A stretch of 59,379 bases of DNA, counting the filler, from Porpidia crustulata (Eukaryota), in assembly GCA_964255105.1 (NCBI GenBank). It is 5 parts of 5 records of this genome, joined end to end, with 100 filler letters (N's around TTAATTAATTAA, not from the genome) between each part and the next. Parts side by side here need not be neighbours in the genome. Positions count along the whole stretch, not along the records: positions 35,694 to 47,488 come from CAXUWE010000601.1; positions 47,589 to 59,379 come from CAXUWE010000602.1; 3 more parts are not named here. The stretch is one strand, 5' to 3'. Positions 36,113 through 48,360 of the stretch are shown piece after piece. The stretch's first letter is position 1. Each line of letters begins with the position of its first letter. Position numbers and translations under genes: made by a program. The notes beneath the pieces were generated by a model. It was not told the DNA's origin. It ran no database searches and was given only the letters and a program-made list of their open reading frames with translations.

Positions 36113-38809
36113 TTGACCTGGCCGGACCTAGGCATTCAATACAGGCATCATGTCCCCAAAGTCTCCTGCACAGTTGGCCAAGTCAAACGAGAGCAACGAC
36201 CAGACAAGCGCTCTGGACAGATATGGCATCACAGGGTCGAAAGCTACGGCAGGTGTCCGAAGACTTGCCCTCCGGCAATGAAATTAGTATTCGACTTGGT
36301 ATACAAAAGTCAATTCATGCAAATTTCACGATTCGCGGCGCCTCTAAACGAAGATGGTAGCAATAGTCCTTATGACACCAGATCGGGACAAGACTACGAC
36401 ATGTTACTCAAGAAGCGAGCGGAGGACATATCGTCGATATGCAACGATCCTGATTTGGTGGAGGCCCCGGAAGCGACTTGGGTGAGGATTATGTTACCGA
36501 GAGTCTTCTTGCTGTTCGATCGTAAGGCAGAAGAAAGACTGGACAGGGACCGTCCGTTTCATCACTGGTATGCCGCCACGATGTCGTTGAGATATATGCT
36601 TATGGCGAAGAAGTCTTGCTTGTCGGCGTCACTTTCGACCTGGAAGACGACCAATAATCAATTATGATCAAACTGCAAGGACTCGAACAGAGGCTCTTGC
36701 CACACGACCCGAGTTCGAGTTATGGTGAATCATTGTATTCATGCTTGGTCCCATGGATCTAATGGTCGAGCTTCCACAGTGAAACTAACGACCATTTTAA
36801 TCTTCCCAACTTCGCTCTAAGCGAACAGCTAAAATTTCACAAACAAGGTGTTCCTGACATTACGGTCGGTCTTGGCACGTACAATCTTGAACGCGAGCCA
36901 TGGTGCAGTCCGGAAAGGGAAGATGTTGTTCAAAACGACAGAGTCAGACTGTTTGACAAGGACGCACTAGTCCAGAATCTGGCTCCTTTAGGGCTTACAG
37001 GACCGAACACGAAGAATAAGACTCACTTTGTTTCCACCGCTTATCCATCGTTCAGCTTTGGCTTATAGGAAGCGAAGAAAGCTACAGGTGACACCCATGA
37101 CAAGGCTTTCCTACAAACCGCTGCCAAGGTACAGACACTACTTCAGTGGCAGCGTCGTGCGTTCCATGAAGTAAGGTTGTTTAAAGAATCACAATGCAAA
37201 GACGTCTGCCCTTTAGTCTGGTTTTTTTCCAGCGTTGGATCAGACTGGCAGCTGTGGGGCTGTTTCGAAGAAACACCTCCAGGTTGTAAAAACAATCAAT
37301 ACGTATGTCTCGTGGGTTCTCTCGCACGCAATGCTGACCATCTCACAGCCTATGGTATTGTTGTGGACTGGTAAAATCACAGACAAGCACAGGGCATTCC
37401 AACTCCTTTATATCATCGATATCATTCGCTTTTGGGCGGAGTGTACTTATAAACCTATCATCTGCACATGTCTACGCCGACTAGAAGAGCTCAGACTACG
37501 GACAGATCCAGCGCCTCTGGTTGATACCATTTGGGATTCTCAAATAACAATGAATGAAGTCAATACACCGTGGCTCTTTTACCGACGTAACGCAGATGAA
37601 GCGGCCTTCAACGATGCAGGGACTGCGAGCACGGGGACCACTTTGGATGGGCATTTATCACCCCCATCCTCAAAGACTCAACGCCCCTCTATTCGTCAGA
37701 GTAGAAGTCCATCACGGAAACCTCCCAATACGAAAAGCTCGAATGGCCAAGCAACAAAGAACTCCGTCACTGTTATTGCTGCAAGCGAGGAATATAACTG
37801 GCTACTTGATCGAACTATTTGCGCAAATGACCACGTGATGATCCGAATCGATAGGCAAGGTCGCATGTTACGACCTTTCATTCTCTTCGATGACACGAAG
37901 TGGCAAATTGAAAACACACAAGATTCAAAGTGTAAGATGATTCTCGAACAAGAGAGGCTCAGATATCAACCGAATGTTCGAACCGGGTTCATATGCGACA
38001 CGCAGTCGCGCAAGTATCTCTGGTCCTGCGCCCGCAGCACTCTCAATTACACATACGAAGGTACCCAATTCTGTGCCATAGCTCCCTTGAACAAGATGGC
38101 GTACGGCAAGCAGCCAGTCAAGAATGTAGAAGAACAGCTGTTCGAGCCAATCGAGGCATTACTTCATGTCGGAATACTCCTTGCAAGTTTTGAGGAGGTG
38201 ACCAAACAATGGTGTAAATGTCAACGGCTTGTGAATGGATATGAGGCAGGAATGATTCACTGCGGGAACACTCGATGCCATCTTCAATGGTATCATAAGG
38301 AATGCGTCGATCTTGACGAGGATGACGAACCGAAACCATGGATATGTCCAGATTGTCGCAAGATGACTTGGAACGAGCGAAGAGAGGTGAAACAACTGAA
38401 GTTATCCGAATGGTATGCGGAAGATATCGAAGCGAGCGACCAACGTGTACAGAGTACTAGAGCCCTTCGTCGTGTCTGGGATACGCATACTTGGCCGAGT
38501 AGGAAGGCAGTCCTTGAAACGTTCGAAAGAGTCCTTTACAATCTTGATATCATCGAGAGCTCCAGGTATACAATACGTTCGCAAGGGATCGTATCGTCGC
38601 TGAGCGCACCACGATACTGGGTGCTGAAAAAAGACGACCCGAAAGTGGTGATCAGGGCTGGGCCACGTGAGCGTCAGATTGTCGAACACGAGCAGATCGA
38701 TTCCAGTGACGACGAAGATAGCTCCGAAGGTCTCGATAATCACACGCCAGATTCTACGAATGACGGCATCGATGATATCGATGACGAGTTCCAAAATCTT
38801 CACGTATGA
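36113..38809 (+). pseudogene. PD-(D/E)XK-like nuclease domain plus ING-type PHD finger protein, with premature stops
   Basis: Frame 1 reads GVPDITVGL...YPSFSFGL*EAKK...LVWFFSSVGSDWQLWGC; intron about 37302-37348; then LLWTGKIT...QLLYIIDIIRFWA. PHD WCKC...MIHCGNTRCHLQWYHKECV...WICPDC at 38210-38357. Stops TAA 36760 and TAG 37066. The 5' exon structure is uncertain. Confidence 0.7.
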
Positions 38810-39124
38810 GAGACTTTGCCGCCTTCGTGGCCATGACAGTCGGGCTGTGACTGAACCGAATCGAATTCAGCACGATATATTTTGGAAGGTGCCCATCGCC
38901 GTATACTAGAAGCGGACCTTCGAATTCTGCCGTTCCATTGTCCATGCATTAGCTAGATCACGGAGAAACGAACAAGATCATAACAGCGTCCACACTTTCC
39001 GGTTGAAACGATTTATGATAGCGGCTTCCCCTTCCCTCTCAACAGCAACACCACAGAATCACTCTTCAGATGATCCTCCTCTTCTGCTTTGCAAGCCTCC
39101 GGCACGATCACTAACCTATTCCCT

Positions 39125-39733
39125 ACCGTGGTCGAAATACTAGGCTACTCCTCCATGTTCTTCCTCCTCTCGACAGTCTCATTTTACGTTCTCGTTGTCT
39201 GACATCATTCCTAAACTCCTGGCGCGCGGACCGCATCAGCCAGCGCTACTTACACATCACGATTCCTTTGTACTACTCCGTGATCGCGTATATCATCGCC
39301 ACTACCACGACGGCTGTTGGGCCTAGGTATTTTGCTATGAGACTTATGCCCGTGGGAGTGTGTACGGGGTATGTGAATGCTTTGATGTGGATTAGTACTA
39401 CGCTGTCAAGGCCGCCGGCGAAGGTAAGGTCTCCTCTCTTTCCCGTCCTTTCCTTCCTCCTGTGTCATTCTCTCCCTTTTTCCCTTCGATTTCCCCTTTC
39501 CCTTTTCTTCCCCAAGCAATGTTCACCTAAGCTAACATCCTTCAGCGCGCCGCAGTTCTCACTCTCATAAACGCCGTCTTCAACAGTAGCTCAATCTACG
39601 CATCCTACACGTACCTCGAATCAGTACAACTGCGCTTCATTGTCGTCATGAGCGTGAGTTGCGCCACTCCCTTCATCGACATACTGTCTGCTACGATATT
39701 GAAGTTTGTGCTGAGAAGAATGAATGAGAATTG
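39125..39733 (+). pseudogene. MFS transporter (allantoate/Dal5-like) C-terminal fragment
   Basis: IAYIIATTTTAVGPRYFAM...WISTTLSRPPAK|RAAVLTLINAVFNSSSIYASY; intron about 39424-39545; stops upstream and no N-terminal half. Confidence 0.7.
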
Positions 39734-41453
39734 AAGAGATATGTATCATTTACGGCTCTCAGTCTGCCTTTCGGCTTTTGTACAGATGAGACGCTTCTTG
39801 GAGCAGGAAAGTCTGATTTGAAACTGTTGCTTTGTACGAAACGTAACATATGCTTCGACAGAATTGAGGATGACAGTCTGATCTTCTGTATCTAGAAACG
39901 AGCCAGTCAAGAAAGCTGTGATGCTCGAAGCGAAAGAGACGATTCTAGAAAAGGCGGCGAAGAGGAAGTTTAGATTTGTGTTGTAAGCGTCGTCGACGAG
40001 AATACAAAATAAGATGAGATTGAACAATACGTTCTGATATAGTGCTTGAAAGAGCTGAAATCGAGAATGAAGTTTGAGATTGTCTCTGTGGAAGAGACTA
40101 GAACAAGCGTTCTGAATGCGCGAATATGATACACCTACGTTGTTGATCTCTGTCATATCCCACTGGACGATCTACATCCCCACGAGTGATCACTCTTGTC
40201 TCATCTTCGAGCCATTTGATAACAGGATAGATATTAGAAGAAAGACAGAACACCAAAGGCGCAGCGATCCCATCTCCGTCAAGCCACGCCGAAGCCTGAA
40301 TCGAGTGTGTAAACACCGACAAGCGATTGAACTAAAGAATCTATTCACCGATGTCCCAGGACTCAAAGTTCTGCTGCGACTGCTTCAAGTTGCTTTGACT
40401 ATGCCATTCATTCTTGACGACTCCGGCTGCTGCCTGCACGGTTTTGATGAGATTGGGCGCATAGACACACACAAATGCCGAAAAGCGATGTGTCCGATCA
40501 TTTTGCTTCAAGGCTCTTCTATAATGTGCAGTCAAAGATGATCCAGACTTAAAATTGATGCACCCAGTGTGGAAACAATAAGTGCGTTCAAAGCATCATC
40601 AGCAACTTGACCACCACTTAGGCAAAGAGTCCTTTGCCCGGCAGAGCCACAGTATTTCTTCGTGAGCGAATTAAATTAATGCTGCTTTCTCTGTCTTGAC
40701 GAGTAGAAAGTCCGATCAGTACGCTGTTTTAAGTTTCTTGTGGCGATGAAGTTAATTACGACGAATGATAAAACGTCGTTTGTTGTACGGATTAATCATC
40801 AGCGAAAGCACAGTCTTTGAAGAGAATTTCAACGAAAAGATTTACGAAGCATTCCTCGACGTTTGGAAAACCCAGACCTACCGTCTAAGGGCCGGTCTAC
40901 ACGCCGGGCTAGCCCTAAGAATATAGACTTGCTATTCGTGTCGACAGGTAATTTTGACCCCACCGAGCCTGATCGGGCCCCGTCTTATATCTCCGTTTAC
41001 TTGGAAATTTCTATGCGACGCGTTAGAGATGGAAGGCTCCAAAGCCAGTTTTTTACCTATACAAACAATCTCCTCAGCAATCTTCTCACCACTCCACTTA
41101 CTCACCAACATACTCAGCACCCTACCTGCTCGCTACCCTACTCAGCACCCTACATGCCCAATACCGGGTGACCTCCTAGGGCATGGACCCTGTATGCTTC
41201 AGACCAAACTTGTGCCAGTGTTCTCGTGTAACGTAGGCTGGCAGATAATTAGGATCGGATTTAAATTGCACACAGAATATTAAACGCTCAGTTACTCCTT
41301 GATGACACATTTGCCTTACACAGCCCCTTTTATCCAAGCAATGAGCCATTGTTCTCTCCGCACCTTTCCCAATAAATCTACCTTCAGACGATATTCATCA
41401 TCTCATCTGCATCCAACATCTCAACTAGAAAGCCATCAGACCTATACCCGACC

Positions 41454-42618
41454 ATGACCACTCCATTGATCTCGTCATCCCAGCCGCCGCCTCAAAAGCC
41501 CGTGCCCATAGACGTCATTGCTGACGGTCTCACACAGAATTCCACCGCCAGAGTCCAGCAAGGCCTCGATCTCTTCGCCAACAGCCGCAGAGGACTCGAT
41601 CCCTTTGCACTGGACCGAGTGCTCTCCTTGGCAGTCAAACGTGCGAAGCCTGATATCGTGCGCTACTTGCTCGATACGACAGATGTGAAGGTGGAGAGTT
41701 TGCCTGCGGCGAGAATACGTTCGGCGATGGACATGGCAGGTGAAGAGGGTGTGGGGAGGGTGATGGAGGTTTTGGAGATCTTGGTGGAGAAAGGGTGGGA
41801 TGTTGATGGTAGGGGGCAGGGTGGGTGAGTTTTTGTCTTGTTTCATTTTATCACTCATTATTAGGACTATTGCGAGGGATTTTTTGCGAGTAATTTTACC
41901 ACTCTGTGCATTTAATCTACCCGTGCATGATTCTTCGGGAAAAATTAAAAGAGGGGCTACTAATCTAGTTCTGCATTTTTTTTTCATAGTTCTGATAACC
42001 TGCCTCTTGTTTACTATATCTACGGGTCTAAGGAATTACTCCGCTGGTGTCTCGATCATGGCGCCCGCATCGACTATGCGGATACTGACCCCCCCAATGT
42101 TCCTCCATTGCTGGAGTATGTTGGGAAAGGAGGAACCGTCAGCACTTTGAAGTTACTCCTAGAAGCCGGCGCAAAGCCAGGACGGCGAACACTGCATCGT
42201 GCCGTTGAAGGTGCATCATCTGGCGAGTTCGAGCGGATGGAGATGGTTCGGTTCCTGGTTGAGGGGATCGGTTGTGATGTGAATGGCATGGATATGCCAG
42301 CGGACAAAAGGTACCCTGCTCATTACGGAACGCCACTCAATTACGCAGCGCATACCGGCAGAGCAGTGGAGGCTGCGAAGTACTTACTTGAGGTTAGTCT
42401 TGCTCTACGATCTCGATGGTTTTGAACCCCTAAGAAGGAATGGGTGGATCTGGGCAATTTTCTGTGACTGACTTTGACGGTGCTTTTAGAAGGGTGCGGA
42501 TCCGGAGATCAAGGACTGTTGGGGCTTTGATGCCTTTAACTATGCGAGATCGGGGGGTGAGAGTGTATTGGAGGTGCTTACGCGGTGGAAGGAGCGGAGG
42601 GAGAAGGTAGAAGCGTAA
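41454..42618 (+). CDS. Small ankyrin-repeat protein (3 exons)
   Basis: ILVEKGWDVDG; WCLDHGA; LLLEAGA; GIGCDVNGMD...HYGTPLNYAA...YLLE|KGADPEIKDCWG. GT-AG introns about 41825-41989 and 42393-42489. Confidence 0.75.
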
Positions 42619-42777
42619 GGGGAGGAAGCATTGTCGCAAGCCACATTTCTGGCAGATTTCTCTCACCGTCTAAATCACGCGCTTGACAAGTATTTCCGAA
42701 CTCATTGAAAGACGAGATATTAGGTTGTTAAGTTGAATTCGTAGGTGTGTTACTGGATATATCGAAGGTTTGATCGT

Positions 42778-42951
42778 GATGTGGTGGATGGAGTATTGAA
42801 TGAAGAACTGGGGGGAGTAGTGGATGGAGTAGTAGATGGAGCACTAGATGGAGCACTGGATGAAGCATTCGGCGAAGCACTAGGTGAAGCACTGAAAGCA
42901 TGAAGCACTAAACGAAGCATTGAACGAAGGACTAAATGAAGCATTAAATGA
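42778..42951. repeat. Degenerate 12-bp minisatellite, about 14 copies
   Basis: Units such as GGAGTAGTAGAT, GGAGCACTAGAT, GAAGCACTAGGT, GAAGCATTAAAT. Confidence 0.7.
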
Positions 42952-43042
42952 GTCATCAAATAACAGCGCCGTCCAACCCTCTCTCTTCCTTTAAACAATG
43001 TCTCTTTCTTACAGCAACCAAGGTTGCGTGCACTAATTCGCC

Positions 43043-44522
43043 ATGGATCCTACAGACGACGCTCATATTAATGACCTGCTGGCTCGCCGTACTGTCCAAG
43101 ACTACGGAACATTCAGGTACGTGCTAACTCACCATCGACAGTTACAGTGGATCACGCCAACGTCTTTCTATCAAAAAGCATCGTCAAAGTTCCAGGCTTG
43201 TCGAGCCCGTCAGAATCACAACGAGTTGCGGTTCTCGCCAGATTAGAGTATGAGTTCAGAGATCCTCCCAGATTGCCTAAGAGTCAAGCTAATGCGGCGA
43301 TTACTTTCGCACTGGAAAGACAAGAGCAGAGCACACCTCCTCTGGATGTTGATGCCCTTCAGTCGAAGCTGTTGTCGGTACCCATACTCCATGTACTCCT
43401 TCGTTCCGCTAACATAACATAACATAGAAGTCTATCTAGGCAATCTCCCGCTCTGACACCACCTCCTGATGACGAGGCAGAGAAAGAGGGGTCTCGCTTG
43501 CTAGAAAGCCAGGCTCGCAAGGATCTGGAAGATGAAGGCTGTTCTCCTTGCAAGACCTCTCCGAAAATTGTCAGAAATCGCTCCCCGGAACAATAGATGG
43601 CGTCCTCTGCGCTCAGCTATCGGACTGGAAAAGATTTCGTAAACTCTAAGGAAAAAATCGACTACACTATCTACAGCACAAATCTCTCAGTGACTTTGAA
43701 GATATGATCCGTGAACGCCGACGAAGACCTAACTTGGAAGGGGACGTGAATTTACAGTCTGAATCATCAAAACAGAGTCGGTTGGAAAATTGGATTGAGT
43801 TTCAAGACTATCATCTTCAGCGTCATGAGACACTTGAGAAGAAACTCGATGATCTGAGAATAACGTCGATCGAGACTTCGAACAAACTCAAAAACGCAAA
43901 CGCCGCAGACTTTGAACGTGCAGCACTAGATGCAAGAATCTGCGAGGAAAAACCAAAGTCTGCCGAACAGCGACTGAAACAGCACGAGATCCTGCTGCGG
44001 TGGATTGAGTAGGAACGTATAGTAATGAGTGTTGAGTACGCGACATCTGCCGAAGAATGTCACGACAACTAGGACGACGCAACTAAAGCCGTTCGAGGGG
44101 TCTTTGCTTCTAATCGTCGAAAGAGACAATCGAAAGCTCCCTCGGTTCTCAGCACAGCTGGGTCAAGAATCTCAAAGCCCGAGTCCCGGAAAAGAAATGT
44201 ACAGCGCCAGAAGCTCAAGGTACAAGAAGCTGATCCTGTCATCGTGGACTTGGGCGTCCCAAAAAGTAGCATTTCACGGATACCGGACGGCGGATTAAAC
44301 AAGACTCCTCGTACGTCTCAAGAAGAGACTTCTCCACTCACAAAGGGTTTCCAAGACAAAGAATCCGCTATTGCCAAAGTAAGATCATCGTCAACGACCC
44401 CACTTCATGAGACTGAGCAATAACGATCTTCAGACAGAGCACGACTCAAGTATCAACAGGGTCAGCAAAGGCCACAGTCTGCGCCTTTGATTGTCAAGAC
44501 ACTTAGTGGAAGGGAGTCATGA
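43043..44522 (+). pseudogene. Degenerate hypothetical fungal gene with a coiled-coil region
   Basis: Fragments QLSDWKRFR, IRERRRR..LEGDV.L, SRLENWIEFQDYHL and LLRWIE, followed by a basic low-complexity tail, broken by many stops and frameshifts. Confidence 0.55.
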
Positions 44523-45444
44523 AGACCGGAGAGGATGATTTCAGATAGGTAGCTAGAAAGTCCTAGCGAATAGAAGTGTCACTCCTGATTGATCACACAC
44601 TGATGTATCTTATCACCCTATTTCCTCACTGAACAATGACCTTGGTTACTGCTGTGACAAGAAAAGTCGGCAAAACAAACCAATCTAAAGGATTTTAGAA
44701 TCCATAGAAATCTAGAAATGTGTCCCGATTCTCCAGTATAGATTTAGTAGAAAATTCCCCGATGTGCACCCATCAGCACTACTTCAACACAACTCTTCAA
44801 GCCCAGTCGACAGCTGATAATTAAAAGTCAACATCTCAAAGACGTTTATCTTGTTGTGATTTCTCTACGATGTCCTTCAAATACAAATGCATGAATGTAA
44901 ATACATCGGCAGATCAAAGGCACTTGACTACATCCACCACAGCGATGTAATCTTGAGGCTCTTTTCGATCGTGGAGGACAAGATGCTTATAGGCTTTTTT
45001 TAAGGAAGCGGATTTGTTCGAAGATGGAGTCCGACAGTTGAAGACGAGCGGCAGGGAGCAAATTCTGAAGTAGGTGATTGCTAAAGGGGGTGACGGTTGG
45101 CCTCATTTCAGCTTTGGAAGGTTGGAAAGGAAGCTTACAAGGTCTGCAGAGTAATAAATACTCACAGATTGGGGATGTAGAGAATAAGAGGATTAAAATG
45201 AAGATGTTGTCGAGTATTAAAGCTCTGTCGCATAACGTTGGACGAACACTACTCGTATTAACCCCTCAACAGGACAGCTAGGGACAAACTAGTGGAATTA
45301 ACCCTAACCCTACGCGACTGTCCTTTTGGGGGGTATGTCCTTTTGAGGGGTCAACACGGGCATTGGACGACATGCTCTGAATTCCACTTTCGAGATCATG
45401 TGGCATTGAACCAAGGAAACTGTCATCTCTACTTAGGCAAAGCT

Positions 45445-46222
45445 ATGGGTGTACCGTCCATCACGCGGCGCAAGCACGTTCGTCTGGTACAATCCATCTC
45501 ACCTCCAGGATTTACGGATGCTGACCTTTTTTCAGGTACCTGGGGAGGCCGAAGAGCCAACTTCCACCATCGTCTTAACCTCCCAGAACTCCCATTATGT
45601 TGATGTACGCGTCTACAAAGATCTGTACCAGAGTGAAGTCGACGAAAATCACGAGCGCAATTCTATAAGCACACTCGAATGGGCATTCGCTGGTACATCT
45701 AGTACAACCGTGAGTGCGAACGAACCTGGAGAAGCTAAACCTCTGCACTCGGTCTGGGAACATTGGATTGACTCGAAAAGCGACGATCCACGTCCTGATG
45801 AAGGCGACATGTGGCCACAAGATAATGGCGACGTGCTAGAGCGTGGAACCCAGATTCACCCTGTGACAGGGCTTCAAACAGGATATGAAGAGCTGTGGGG
45901 TGACATGGAGGTAGAAAAGGTCGGCGAAGACAAAGAACGTGTTAGCATAGTTCTGAAATTTGACGAAGTTGATGGCAACCTGAGTAGAGGGATGATTGTA
46001 AGGGTAGGCCGTTGGTGCCAAGGGATAATAAAGTCTGATGGATTATTGGCTATAGAGAGATGGCATTGGATCGATGAAGTGAATAAATGGGAAAGAGTTG
46101 TGAATATTGGTGATGGCAATCTACCATGCGCAGCTACCTTTGAGACCCGCTTGACTAAGGGAAAGAGCACCGTTGCATCTCATGGCCAAGAGTGGAAAGT
46201 TGTGGAGACTTTCACGTGGTAA
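45445..46222 (+). CDS. HRI1: Protein HRI1
   Basis: MGVPSITRRKHVRL|VPGEAEEPTSTIVLTS...YVDVRV...LEWAFAG...WEHWIDS...DEGDM...YEELW...VRVGRWCQGI; intron 45487-45536. Confidence 0.88.
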
Positions 46223-46391
46223 AATCACAGGTTTCAATGTGAAGCAAGGGATTCAGTACACGAAAATTACATTCCGTTTGTATTTTGTCATTGAAATAAG
46301 TTTTGTTGCGTTCTCTTCATGTCACATCAACTCTTTTGTCTTGTGGACAATCATCTGAACCGTATTCCTCTCGTGATCCAAGATTTTCACC

Positions 46392-47488
46392 ATGCCGGGT
46401 CTTCCAAACCACAGTCACAAGCCACCAAGCTTCGCCCACGACCATCGTGAGTCGAGTGTCACGAGAACGCTCCCACCAGCAAAAGCCGCATCTACAAACG
46501 CGATGGCAAACAAGATCAAGTACCTCCCTCCTCAGATGGATACTCTTGCAAGCTCGACGACAGAAGCTTCCCGCCAACGTCCATTCCGGTTGTTGATAAA
46601 CGATGCAGGCGTACTCGCCAGCAACCTACGCTATCTCCCATGGATTGTCCTCCCGTTCAGAACATCGGAAAAGAGCAGCGAATTGTACCCAAGTCCGTCG
46701 AATGCGACAGATCTTGCACTTCAGGGCTGGCTCGCTGTGCTGGAGGTTACCTTTCTGGCTGCCGCTGTTCCAGTTGTGCTCCTCCTACCAGGCATTTTAT
46801 CGGCCATCATGGCCATAGTCTGCTGCGGCATCATCTACATCCTTTCCTGGCCGATGCAAGGACCAAGGATCGCGTATTCCATGATGGACGATATCACAAT
46901 TCATTCAGCGAATCAAAACCGGAACGAACGCTGGCTTTTTGTAAATGGCGTCGCCACTGGGTATGATATTGCCAAGCTTTCAATGTGAAAGAGGTTTCTG
47001 ACCATGACAGCCATGCGGGACTCCAAAAGAACATCGACCGTCTCTCCAAGACATTCGGACGTGCCGTCATTGGCGTACACAACAACAGGTATTGACCTTT
47101 TCTGAAAGCCCTCAGCACATACTAATTCCCTCTGCAGCTACGGCCTCGTCGCCGACCTAATCGAATGCCTCATCCAACGCTGCTTCTCCTACCGCACAAG
47201 AGATGTCCGCGTCACCTGCGACCACGTCAAAGCCTGCCTCCTCGACCCCACCATCATCAAAGTCGTCCTCATCGGCCACTCCCAAGGCGGCATCATCATC
47301 TCCCTCGCCCTCGACGAGCTCCTCGCCGAAATCCCCCGCCCCGCTCTGTCCAAACTCGAAATCTACACCTTCGGCTCCGCCGCCTCCCACTTCTCCAATC
47401 CCATCCTCGCCCTGAAGTCCCCGGCCCGCTGCATCGCGCACATCGAACACTACGCCAACGAATACGACATGATCGCCCAATGGGGCGT
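46392..47488 (+). CDS. Conserved fungal membrane-anchored alpha/beta hydrolase-like protein, truncated at the gap
   Basis: Two TM segments, ERWLFVNGVATG|...GVHNN|YGLVADLIECLIQR, KVVLIGHSQGGII (GxSxG), LEIYTFGSAASHFSNP, HIEHYANEYD. Confidence 0.8.
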
Positions 47489-47588
47489 NNNNNNNNNNNN
47501 NNNNNNNNNNNNNNNNNNNNNNNNNNNNNNNNTTAATTAATTAANNNNNNNNNNNNNNNNNNNNNNNNNNNNNNNNNNNNNNNNNNNN
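47489..47588. other. Artificial contig-joining linker
   Basis: N-run, TTAATTAATTAA, N-run. Confidence 0.95.
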
Positions 47589-48255
47589 TGGAGAGGGGAG
47601 TGGTGATGGAGGATGTTCAAGTTTGATTTTTAGTTGCGGTATTGTGAGTGAGTGGGAGGGTATGGGCTTGTGATGGTTAGATGAGGAGATGGGTTTTGTA
47701 CATGGCTGTTGGGGTTTCTATGGGGAAAAGAATTCCAATCGTGGAGTTGTAGATAGACAGAGTTGTAGAGGAAAGTTCAACTCCGGACTTTGACTTCTAG
47801 AACCAGATCCATTCACTCAAGCAAAACTCACAACTTACAACTCTCGCTTTCAACAGCAAATCAAGAACATCGCCCAAATCAGAGTGAACCACCAACCAAC
47901 CAACCATCCACCAATGGGGGGGTAAAGGCTTGGGAATTTCATCAGTTAGAGAAGTCGGAAGCAAGATAATTCAGAACGTTGGCGAGAGGGATTTGATATA
48001 GCGAAGTGGTGGTTGGATGAGTCGCTGGAAATATATATATGTGTGTTACATACACCCCGAACTTAGGATTGAGGAAGAACCGCTTTCGGTTCGAGAAAGG
48101 GGAGCAAGGCCGCTTTAGAGGGAGCACCGAGGGAGCAAGGGGAGGCAGTGAGGGAGCAGATGGACAAAATGGGTCTTCGCGGGGGAGCAAAGCGGCGGCN
48201 NNNNNNNNNACTCAAGTCAGCGATGGGTCACGTGTTGATCTAAGATTGGTAATCT

Positions 48256-48286
<31 letters not shown>
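48256..48286. repeat. (TA)n microsatellite
   Basis: Run of about 11 perfect TA units, followed by TGTATATA. Confidence 0.85.
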
Positions 48287-48360
48287 TGGATACATTAAAG
48301 TTTTGGGTTGGGTGGATACGGAGATTTTGGGAAGAAACGACGACGGGGACATCTATTAAC

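Noticed and set aside
45298..45312. Telomere-like TTACCCTAACCCTA
   Set aside because: Only about two units; expected by chance or as a promoter motif.
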